Shown: positions 42,011 to 53,461 of the stretch, piece by piece
Layout: each line of letters opens with the position of its first letter
How positions within the stretch are numbered: position 1 is the first letter of the stretch
Source: Phoronis australis
Lineage: Eukaryota; Animalia; Phoronida
Length of the DNA: 64,000 nucleotides
Reading direction: 5' to 3'
Assembly: GCA_002633005.1 (NCBI GenBank)
Contig: NMRA01000548.1
Span: forward strand, 104,689 to 168,688
Made by a program: the position numbers and the translations under genes
The notes under the pieces: generated by a model
What the model was told of the DNA's origin: nothing
Seen by the model: the letters and a program-made list of their open reading frames with translations, nothing else
Databases searched by the model: none

Positions 42011-43541
42011 AGTTTGATTTCTTGACTTTCATCTCATAGTTTATACGGCTAGTCTTGTCTCTATTAATTGAAATACCATGCGAAGCTCTCAAGGGAGAAA
42101 TGGTTCGTACATTAGCGCACGAACTGTTAAAGAAGTCCCCGTATATCCCATACGTTTAGAATGTCATAGAACTTGAAATGGAAGTTACAAAATATGTTAT
42201 CTGTTGAGCCTGAAGCTCAACTTTTTTAACCAATTAATATTTGTTATATACACGGTTTTCTCTAGCTTGTGATAGAATGATAGGTTAACATGTGCATATT
42301 TTATACTGAAGTTGAGTAGAATAAATTCATTTTGAATGTCTTAGTAGTGAACGCAGGGTTAAAACTCCATTCAAACTCAACTCAAAAACCGACCCATTCC
42401 ATTGCATGCATAAACTGGGCCCTTGCTTGGAGAGTGATTGGTTAAGTTTTTAGTCTTGAGTTCGAAGACTACTTTCTAGGTTCTATTTGTACGTCAGCAA
42501 TTGCGTGCGAGTTTTACAAATTTATTTTCTACAAACAGCATAAAAAATATTGTCTTATACTGATGGCTTTTACGTATGTTGTTAAATTTTGGTGTGTACT
42601 TTATTGCCTACTGTGGCTTTAACTATCGTTCGACAAAGACGGCTACCCAGACAACACAACATTCGCACTGCCTGTATCTCATTTACACGTGAGTGTGAAT
42701 TCAGTCACTTGTCGCAAACGCGCGTTTGCAGTCACAAAACATGATTTATTTGCTCATGAAACTAAACAAGCAGAAGCAAATAAAGAAAATTAATATTCTA
42801 ATCGTGCGCGCACCCAGCCTTTAGTATGGGGGGCTCGAATTTCTGACGAAGTGGATCTTTTGCTAACAAAAAGCTGGAGGACAAAAAAACGGGGTACCAC
42901 CTTCATCACTGTGAGCTGCGCATAGAGGCCGGTGTAAATAGACCAATAGATTTTAATAATAGTTGTATTTGCGTAGTGTGTTTGCATAAATTATTACTAT
43001 TTTCAAATTTTGTGCAATGTTTACCTGTTATTAATTCGATTTCTGGATATCGGTAGTATTTACCTATACCCTTGAAATAAAATTAAAAAGAAAATGAAAA
43101 GTTTACCTTGTAAAAATGCAATTCAATACGGTGTGTTGGTGACAGCATACATGTACGTTGTACTTGCCAATCATCAGGCTCTTGGCGGACTATTCAATTT
43201 TTTGACTTTTCCTCATCAGTCCGCCACATCGTCAAAATGTCCCGCTTTTTGACACATGACGGCACTGACATATCATATTTTGCAATTTTCCATGCGATAT
43301 AGCACTATTTTCCCCGTTCAACTAAAAAGAAATAAACGGGAGGTTTCATGAGTTTTTGAGGCACCCGCAAATGCCCCTTCGACTTACAAAACGAAAACAA
43401 AAAAGCACAGTCGGGTGCTTTTGGGTGTAAGGTTTCCAGTTCGACAAAAACGCTGTCGGGAAGTTTTTTGTGCTGCGGTCTCGTTGGGACATCCCCAGAT
43501 GAAATGAATTATCGATAGGATATGGCAGATATGGCAGTAGT

Positions 43542-43850
43542 CAGGGGCGGATCCAGGATTTTTGAGTTGGGGTGACCAGGGCACAGGAATAACCAGAATT
43601 TCGCCACATGCACGCACCCAGCTTAAAATGTACGGATGCAGGGGTCTCGAATTTTTGGGTTTGTGAACCTTTTTACTAAAAAAAAAACGGTAAACGGGGT
43701 TTGTTCAAGGCCTATGCATTGCGCATTCGGCCCCCGAGTCCCCCTGGGTGCGCGCATATGATAATTCGCACCCCGAACTGCAAAATGGTATCTGGGAGAA
43801 TTTTAGTGGGGCCATGGTCCCCTTGCCCCCCCCCCCTAAATCCGCTATTG
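43542..43850. mobile_element. CAG-terminated MITE with 5-bp TSD GTAGT; family copies at 35548-35706 and about 57777-57932
   Basis: CAGGGGCGGATCCAGG...AAATCCGCTATTG flanked by GTAGT. The local direct repeat at 44010-44075 shows the empty site GCAGTAGTATTCC. Confidence 0.75.
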
Positions 43851-44764
43851 GTAGTATTCCTGTGAATGTAGGATAACCTATTTATATACATGTATGAAGT
43901 CATTTGCATCGCGACGATTTGTTGTTGTCATGTGCTTCTGCTTGCTATATGACGTCACATATATGCCAAGCAGGGTACCCGCGCCAGTTAAGCGACAAGA
44001 TTGTCTTCGGTCTCGTTCGGACATTCCTAGATGAAATGAATTCTCGATAGGATATGGCAGTAGTATTCCTATGTATGTGGAATAACTTGTATTTATTTCA
44101 TCTAGGATGCGGCGTGTTTTTAATGCATACACAATTTACATGGACGAGCCTTGCGAGTATTTCCTTCAAGTTGTTGACGGTGTCGTCATATGGAGGAGAC
44201 TCTGATCACATTGTGAAAGTTATTTTATTTATTTCAAGTCTGGCAAATGTGATAAACTGGCACTAGTTTTAAGCATTATTTAGAACTCGTGAAAGTGAAA
44301 TTTCACAAATTGTGACTACACCAAAATATCATATAATTCAGATTTTTAGTAGAGAATGATGGGAAATCAGCAGCATTACTTTTTTGTGAACGATGAGTAT
44401 TATATGCACGTGGATATAACGGAAACATATGTTTTGGTCCCAGAAACTTCTAAGGCCTGTTTATCGAAGTGCCAATTGGCTTTTATCTTTTGACAGGCGC
44501 TTAAAAATCAGTCCCTTGGCTTAGCGTGTATCACGAAAACAGACCAAAGCTGAATTTCAGGAAATCTGTTTACAATTCGGAAGCCAAAAGCCAATACTTC
44601 GCGAATCAGGCCCCGATGGTCCGCTGGCTTACATGTACTTATACTGTTTCGGTGATTAAAATTTCAAGCAATAAACTAACGAAGTTGTCGTAGATCAAGA
44701 CAGACCAAAAGAAAAAATGTCTACATACCAGCGTGTTTGATCCAACTTTGACTAATCATTGTAG

Positions 44765-44938
44765 GTAATGATGAACTTCATTACGTCACCAGCAAATCAA
44801 CTGACTATGAACTTAGGGTTGACCTGGAAGACTTTGAAAACACCAAGGTTTTTGCGCTCTACAGAGAGTTTCGTGTGGCTGGCGAGGACCAAGATTATAA
44901 GCTAACTGTTATTGGGTATGACCAGAGCAGCACCTCAG
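44765..44938 (+). CDS. PAN/Apple-FReD gene B, exon 4
   Basis: ttgtag|(G)NDELHYVTSKSTDYELRVDLEDFENTKVFALYREFRVAGEDQDYKLTVIGYDQSSTS(G)|GTTAG; 174 nt. Confidence 0.93.
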
Positions 44939-45310
44939 GTTAGAAGTAATTATATCTGCAAAACCTGGTTGATTAAACTTTTCAACCCTGCCTCAGCTGC
45001 GTCACAAAAATCAGTTTTTATTTAGGCTACTTACCATTACTACGAAATTGATCTCAAATTGCACCGTAGCCAAATTAGTCATTTCGTAATTGGATTGACA
45101 GTGGGAACAACAAGTTGACTTGTCACGGAGAGTCATTTGAATCACTGGACATGTAAGGAGCAGGTCGAGATCATGCCCATAGCGGCGTGGTCTAAATCAA
45201 AAGTTATATTCTTCGTAGATACGCGTGTTTACTGCCACTTGAATTACAGTACATCTGTTGCACACACTATGTTGTCTTGGAGAATAGGTTCGTCATTGGT
45301 CTCTAGAGGT

Positions 45311-46320
45311 ATTGTAGTATAAGGTGGTCACTTACTTAGAGACGTGGTTGGTTGTTTGCAGACCTTTCGACCTGGTTCGCCAGGTCTTTATCGATGAATG
45401 AGGGATTTCCCGCCTTTCGTTGGTCAAGAATGCTGGAATACAGGGGGGTAAACGGGAGTCCTTGGTCCCGGTTCAAGAGGGGGCGCTGACTGCTGATGTT
45501 TATGGACTCTTTGAGCTCGCGGGGTGATTAGATCAATACCTCCAGTTTTCATCCAACCACGTACCCCTTAAAGCACAAACATTCTGTCGCCCGTACCTTC
45601 CTGGATAGAGCGGATCGTTACATCAAGGACTACCGAGACTATGTCGAAGAGGTTGACCTTGTTAAAGATGCGTTGCGAGCCAATGGATACCACTGAGAAA
45701 TGGATGTTCACAGACCCCCGTTGTCGTAAATGTACCGACAAACTCGATGGTCCCTCCGTTGCCATCCCATACATAATGTCTGAACGCCTACAACACACTT
45801 ATAGAACGCAAGGGATTTCTTCTTACATGAAACCTACATGTATCAACACCCTCCGTTCCCTACTAGTCAGACCCAAAGACCCAACCCCGATGGCTAAACA
45901 ATGTGGGGTCATATACCAGCTGAAATGTGACCAGGATCCCAACCACACCTACATTGGAGAAACCAAGAGACCGTTCCTTACCAGATTCAAAGAACATCAT
46001 AAACTTGACAACAGCTGTGGGAGAACAAATATTGGCGACTGGGAATTCCATCTCTCTTGCTTCACCCAGGATCCTAGCCAAAGAACATAATTGGTATCCT
46101 CGCAAGCTCAAAGAGTCCATAAACATCAGCAGTCAGCGCCCCCTCTTGAACCGCGACCAAGGACTCCATTTATCCCCCCCCGTGTATTGCAGCATTCTTA
46201 ACCAGCGAAAGGCGGAAAATCCCTCATTCATCGATATCGATAAAGACCTGGCGGACCAGGTCGAAACGTCTGCAAACAACCAACCACGTCTCTAAGTGAG
46301 TGACCACCTTATACTACTAT
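45311..46320 (+). mobile_element. 5'-truncated Penelope-like retroelement (GIY-YIG endonuclease end) with inverted pseudo-LTR, in intron 4 of gene B
   Basis: VAIPYI..SERL..KP..NTLRSLLVRPKD, GVIYQLKC...TYIGETKRPFLTRFKEH and RKLKESINI..LNRDQG (frameshifted). 45311-45522 is the reverse complement of 46099-46320. Confidence 0.9.
46237..46270 (+). ncRNA. Minimal hammerhead-ribozyme-like motif (variant core) in the Penelope pseudo-LTR; second copy on minus strand at 45361-45395
   Basis: TCGATAAA-GACCTGG-CGGA-CCAGGTC-GAAAC-GTC: 7-bp stem II followed by GAAAC and GTC; the first core box differs from CTGANGA. Confidence 0.55.
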
Positions 46321-49072
46321 GTTGTCTTGCTCATGCTTTGACTGAGGAGCGTTGTCATGTCCTAAAACCACAGTGAACTCGACTGGTGGTCTATAGTGGG
46401 GGCAATCCTCCTTCTATGTGTCATTGTGTCTTCCTTCCCTCCACAGTCCCGCAGGAAAATAAGCATTATTGGGGGGAGGTCGAAGGGCACAATCCAATTT
46501 ACTTGACTTCTTCAAATTTTGTTCCCGGCGTGATCGCCGCCATTTCCGACCCCCCCCCCCACTCCGGATGGTGGCAAATTCTTACCAACATCACGTCCGC
46601 CATAGGCGAGGGGCAAACGCAATCACCAGTGAGGCAGAACTTGAGTTACCACGTTTCAAAAAGAAATCGCGGGGACTCAGAATAAAGGCTAGATGACGGA
46701 TAGCTGGCAGCTGGACGGTCTGCCTCAAGTGAATTATAACTGCATGTTGACAGCTCGCAGCAACTGGTGGTGTAGAAGTACGAATCGGATGAACTGGGCT
46801 AGCCACTGGCCAGCTCAGTTACGATTTATTGTAGACAGGTTGCTCAACTCGTAACTGTCCGTCTGTGCCGGCCCTAAGGTCTAAATTCATTTCATTATGG
46901 TCCAGTTTGTTGAATTTTATTTTATCTGGGCCATACTTTAAACTAAAGATATATATTGAAAGGGTGAGATTCCGGGATTCCTGGTACACTGCCTTTGGGG
47001 CCGTTTCAAAATCCCATTTTAAAACACGGGTGGCCCAGTTTCTGGTGGCTGAGGACATATGAAACACAATGTGTACCAAGCCTATGTACACACTTCAGTA
47101 CAACACCAGAAGTTTAAGTTCATTTCCCATCGACCAGCTTTGAACTACGTCCGGGCCTACTGTATATCTTGTTTTGAAAGTGTGTACGTGAGCCATCACG
47201 TGCTTTGAATGCATGGAATCAGTGATAAACAAACGATTCAGTTTTGGAGAACGCAAATTCATTGCGCAAAACCAGCGGAAGCTACACGAAAAATCAAGGG
47301 ATACGTGCAAATCTTCCCAAGTTCACGATCAATGCTTTTAATTTAATTTAAAGACTTGCTTCCCTTTTAATCTCCTGTTTATGAATTTAAATCGTTTATA
47401 TTGATCCTACGTCAATAAATAATGCATTCATTTTAATTGGAATTGTGAGCGCATTTTGGAATTTCATCAATATCTTTGAGAGTTATTTCAAAAATCGTGT
47501 AGCGTACTTTGCTATTTGGGATCGGATGATGGGAGATTTTCTCAACTTCAGCCTGCAAATACGGGCTTTGAAGCATCATCAATTCTTACAAGAAAAGCTT
47601 CTAACTGTTAAAAATTCATCTGAGAATCAGTTGAATTTTCTAAATACATAAATAAACATGTAAATCAGAAGTCAACAAATTCTCTGTTTATCAAATATTA
47701 TCTGCAATTCCCGAAGGCCTGCCAGTAGATTCTTGACAGGCAACCTGGGAAAATGTCAAACGAGGCATCCCTTTGGGTTTGTTAGTACACTCCCACCCAA
47801 GAAATTTTCCGAATTTATTCGTGCTAACGCGGTGTACTTTGATCTAATCCAGAGGTAGCTATTACGGTATACGAGTTAAACTTGAACTGGAATATTAGCT
47901 GAAATCTTTTTTATGATTGCCAGTACATTTACAGTACAATGAACACCTTTATCCGTTAGATAAGTACTTCTGTACACGGTCATCAAAAATCACACCCCCC
48001 GACAGTCTGCTCGACATGTGCGAGTTTCTTACAAACAACTCCTATTCGTGTTCTTCAAAAGAACTTCATGTGTAAGTGATAAGTACTTTGTATACCTGTT
48101 AGCGTGTGGGTATGACCCTGTATCTGTGGGCGTGCTGTGCATGTGTCTATGTGTTCAAGAATGAGTAGAGTTTCTGACTGTGCATTAGACTAATTTGCAT
48201 GGTTATTCACGCTGGACATAGTTGTAGGAGAAGCAGCTCGAGTCATTGCAGATTAAACAAGTATCTAAACGTTTGTTCCTGTATTATCTTGAAAGTCCAG
48301 AAAGTGAGTGGCTGTTCATCTTGAACTGAAGACGGTATTTCGTTTTCAATGGTAATTTTAGGATTGTGAAACGTAGTGAGTTACCGTGATTGATATGTAA
48401 AAACGGAGTCTTGAGTATAGGATGGTAGCAAAAAAAAGTAACAAAAGGTTCGCTAAGAGATCTGGCGAATTCATTTGGTCTGTTGTTTCTGCTGTGATAG
48501 CAAATGGAATTGTTTTGAAAGTAATGTGCAAGTTAGTTGTGTAATATATTTTCAAGCAGGTTATATTAATAGTGTCTTCAAGCAGAGGTATTTTTAATAG
48601 CTTGCACATTGGATTTGTAAGGGCAAAGTAGTGCGAGTTGGCGATCATTCTTAATGCTCGCAGTATTATCAAAATATCAATGAAAAATGACCTACGTACC
48701 CATGTATTGGTCCAAGCGCCTGTGAATACAAAATAATTCGATTTTCAAACAAAAACAATTTAACTGTTTCTCACATTGGCGTATGCTTCCTAGCTTCATT
48801 ATAAGCAGACACGGGCGGCCATTCATTATACGCTTGTTAGTTTTAAACGTGGTGACTTTTCAATAAAACAGTTAATATTCAGTTGAAAACACGTGAACAT
48901 TTCTCGTTTTATAACAACAGTCAACCTTCTAGCAAATGCTACGTTAAAATTTTGGTCTTTAATTTACTAAAAGTATTTTAAATACTGGAATCTAATTCCA
49001 GCTATTGCCGCAACTTCACCTACAGGCGGCGTAAATACGATCAAATGCTTTTATATTCTATTGTACTTCTAG

Positions 49073-49341
49073 GAGATTCCTTCAGCTTTCATAACAGGAG
49101 ATACTTTTCAACAAAGGACGTGGATAACGACCATAACTCAGTAAATTGCGGTCTGAAGTTTAAAGGCGGATGGTGGTACGGTGATCCTTGTCATGAAGCC
49201 AACTTGAATGGTTTATACTTGTCAGGAAATAACAACCAAGTGGGAGAAAGTGTGGTTTGGTATCAATTCAGAGGTCTGTACTACTCCTTACGTAAAACAG
49301 AGATGAAAATTCGACCAGTTGGCTTCAACAGTAAAAAATAA
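49073..49341 (+). CDS. PAN/Apple-FReD gene B, exon 5 (P subdomain, stop codon)
   Basis: ttctag|(G)DSFSFHNRRYFSTKDVDND...GGWWYGDPCHEANLNG...EMKIRPVGFNSKK*; total CDS 987 nt, intact 328 aa. Confidence 0.93.
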
Positions 49342-52300
49342 CCCAGTGCTTCAGTAGCATAAGCGACCATTATGAGGATTTTATGGGGCTAAAAGGGAGA
49401 GAAATGAAATGAGATTTTAAATTAAAATGAGACCGAGATTTTCAAGGATCCTTTAATACATACCTGCTTTTAAGCAGGGCTTTGCGAAATGCGTTTGGCG
49501 ATCTTATGTTTTGGGTGTGTATTTCTACGCACCTATCAATACATTGAGATGTTTTTCCTCGGAGTACATGTATTACTCAGAATTCTGCACGGTATCTATA
49601 ACACCTGTGTCAAGTACTTCTACTATCAACATACCCAGTTCAGAACTTGACTATGTATTCAGTATGTCATTGTATAAAGAAATAACTAAATCGAATACTG
49701 GAATGAGGGATGTATCAAAACTTTCTTGTTTATAATATGAATGTATGTTTTACATACAGTAGTTAAAATATTTCTCATGTCAATGTTCCTATTTCAACAT
49801 ATTCGGAAATGTATCTTGTATCAGGTATATTTAAATTAGTAAATTATTTATTCAAATTACTACTTGAAATATCACTTTTTAACATATCAATGATATTTAA
49901 CACAATGTATTTACATAATCTTATAGGCGTGCCCCTTCTTACATTCCATTAATGCATTAATTGACATTCCTTGTCTTGTTTTTATTTTTTTATGCTTTGT
50001 TTTTTCAAGTTCTCTAGATGACCTTTTGGTTTTTGCAGAAAAAATAAACCAAGTACTGGAAGTATACTTGTGTTATTATTAGTCATTTGCATGGGCGCAC
50101 CCGGGAGGCGGGGCTCGGGGGGCACGAACCACTTTTTTCACGGTGTTGTAAAGCTAACCAATGACTTCTGAGGATACATAAACCAACGCTAAAGCGCGTG
50201 CCACTGCGTGATACCTGCGTGCTGGCTAGGCACGCCAGGGAACCAGCGAGGTATCCCAGTGGCTTCAGCTTGGCTAATGATGTAGTGATGGGTCTGACCA
50301 AAAGGTGGCGTCTTGCAGGCGGAACTGCACTAAAAGTAAATTAACAGTTCCAGTATTCCTTTTATATTGATTTCTCCTGTACCATCTGAACTTGGATGCT
50401 CAAAATTCCCATGCTTTTTTATTATCAGTTCTGCATCACGAGGAAATCTTGAATCATTCCCTATATACAATACTTGATTGTACAGTGTATTTTATGACTA
50501 TACGGAATTATCTCTTTATGCCTCCTTCTCCCTTCTGTGATCTTCACAGGTAATTTACCTGACAGTGGCGACAGGTGCATGTCTCAGCTGAATTGTATCT
50601 AAGCTTGAAAAAATATCCTAAGCACCGACACATTTTTCTTCACCTATTTGTTAAACTTAGATTTCGCATCCAGTAAGAAAGCAAACGTTTTCCTATAGAG
50701 AACTTTGCTTGACAGCACAGGTTTAAATTTATCCGATCACTTACATCTTCAACGAGGGCATTTCAACAAGTATTTAGAATCAGAAAGGTGTTTTTTGCAA
50801 TGTAATTCTCGCAAAACCAATGAGTGGCCAATAGCGAAAGATTACATAATTCCAACATGTGTGGGACCACGCCGTGAGGGGTCTTTCGAGTCGGTTATCA
50901 CGTGATCCCGCCGCAGGAGATCAACCCAATCAATCAGTCAGCCAGCCGACGGCCTTATCCGGGCCGCAACCTCGGGTCATTTTAAAATAAATTCCAGTAA
51001 AAGAATTATCCCATCTTCACTCTTTGAACTACAACTGGATGTCTCAAAACATTTATTCACCTACAATGCATGGTCAATTATTAAAGATTGTTTTGCAATA
51101 GCAGAAAATTGATGGAAAATGATTTTGTCCTTGAACATACAGTGTACTCATCAGGTTTTTCGCTTCCTCTTGTCAAGCATCACCCTTACAGTCTACACAG
51201 ACAGGTTGCAAACTAGGTGACCCCTACATTTCTGTTTCTTAATCTGCTTTCCTCGATGAAGTGTTTTTGCTTTCACCCATTTAACCAGTAACAACAGTGA
51301 GGCATCCTTTACGGTTTTTCTCCCAGTGTCTGCATGACTGCCACTTCCAGCAGTAACGTTTTTCTTATACTACATTTCCCCTTGCTTCTCTTGACTTTTT
51401 CTTCCACTATGACCTCCATGGTCTATATTAAACAGATGAGAACTGTAGAGAGTCTCAAATCGTGGAACCTTGGTATCAACCTGTGAAGACGAACAGCGTC
51501 ACATTCAGGTTTCTCAGTCCCTAACCTTTTTGAAGTCTGGGAGCTGTGGTAATTTCGGCTGCCTCACACGTTGCCCAAAATTTCAGCTACAGTCTTCAAA
51601 TACCATAGCCACCACAGTCGCAACTGTCATCTTCACAGTTACAATTTTCAATCACCCTGCTAATTGGTCACCACAACTTAATTTTAATAGGAGGGGTCCC
51701 ATGGCTTTGGGATGGGCCCGTGATTTGTGCCAGGCCAATAATGATATAACAGTGAGCATTCTGGAAACCTAAAGAGATGAGACGCATTGAAAATGGGCAC
51801 CCTTTGTTAAAGAAAAGTTATAACTGCAAACAAAAAGTTACCGTGAAGCACTAAGTAGAGAAATTCTCAACAATGATATAACTTCACAAAGCAATCATCT
51901 TCAGAATCCAAAATGTGAGATAAAGACAAGTAAAACAGTGTCGTGTTCAATGTATTTATTTTTTATAAAATATTTGGGCCAAAAATGAAACGACAAACAC
52001 AACTTACTGAACGACCATTTTGCAGCCTGCACAGTGCAGGCCCCGAAGTAGAAAGGCNCCCCCCCCCCGTCGTCACCACCTCCGCCCCCCCCCCCTCCCC
52101 CGTGCTCCCGTTGGCACCATGGTACTCGTACCGAATCTCCCACGTCCGCTCTAGGTGGGAGGCAATCCCGGAGATGCAGCCATTTGAGTAACCGTGAAAC
52201 AAGAAAGTTTCAAGGAGAGTAAAAATGGGGTTAGGACCAGTGCACCAACGGGTAGTGAGAAGTTACCTCAAGTAACTGTAGCTGAGATATAACAGTTTGA

Positions 52301-53040
52301 AAATAGGAAATTCCATGAACTAAAGCTCAACTATGATTCACTTGAGACAGGCAGCTTAGCTCTTACACATCCGTCTGTGCTCGTTCTAAGGTCAAGGTTC
52401 GTTTTCTTTTGATCCAGTTTCGGGAAAACTTTATTTCATTAGTCATTCTTTGAAAGAGTTTTTTGAAAAGGTGAGATCCCGAGGTCCCTGGTATAGTGTC
52501 TCTGGGGCTGTTTCGAAATCCCCTTGAAGCAGGACCGACTTTCATCAATATCTTTGAGACTTATTTCAGATAGACAAAAATAATTTAGTGTACTTTTCTA
52601 TTTGGGGATCTGATGATACTGAGATCGAACTTTCCCAATGTCAGCCTGCAACTAAGTTCATCGTCATTTCTTAAAAGAGTCGCTTATAATTGTCAAACAA
52701 TAACTTCTGATTGGATTAAGGAACCAGTTGGGACCAGTTTCAAAGAGCTAAATAGTCGAAATCAAATTTCCCTGTCCCATAGGAGCACGGGTCATCAACG
52801 GGGCTACTTGACAATCTTAACATCACTATAATTTCCACAACTAGAGGGCGCGTGTGATAGATTAAGCAGCCTCGATTTCGCGAGCCCTTTAAATACATGG
52901 TGAAATGACAGGCGTTCTCAGCTTCTGATCGTCCCCAATACACTACATATAATACTACAAGGTATGACACTCCGGACTAGAAATTCCACGGGTGCTTCAC
53001 TTCAGCAGTCCATAGCAAACATAAAACTCAATAAATTTAC

Positions 53041-53461
53041 ACAAAACAGAGGTTCAACAAACCATGAAGAATACCATTCACAGTGTCCTGTTCCGGCGAA
53101 TTCGTAAGCAATTCGCAGTCAAAGAACAAAAATGTTCACAAAAAGCCCCCACAAACTTTCATCGTGGGCCGCTCGAGGTCAAGGACGGTACGGAAATTGC
53201 CGATGAGTTACGGAAGTACTCAATAGTTTTTCTCCTGGCGGCTAAGTGTAGAGTTATCGACATCGTGACTTTACGCGACAAACCGGCAATTTCCGTACCG
53301 TCCTTGACCTCGAGCGGTCCAAGATAAAAGTGTGTGTGGGCTTTTTGTGAACATTTTTGTTCTTTGACTGCGAATTTCTTAAGAAGTCGCCGGAACAGGA
53401 CACTGTGAATGGTATTGGGAGAAAGAACAATTCTTCATGGTTTGTTGAACCTCTGTTTTGT
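53041..53461. repeat. Long inverted repeat (about 160-175-bp arms, about 80-bp spacer), probable foldback MITE
   Basis: ACAAAACAGAGGTTCAACAAACCATGAAGAAT...CGGTACGGAAATTGCCG pairs with CGGCAATTTCCGTACCG...ATTCTTCATGGTTTGTTGAACCTCTGTTTTGT. Confidence 0.9.

Larger units (their letters stand above)
23950..51055 (+). repeat. Tandem segmental duplication unit, copy B (expanded by transposon insertions)
   Basis: Collinear with copy A but about 27 kb vs about 14 kb; the extra length is mostly in intron 3, with more in introns 1 and 4. Confidence 0.85.
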
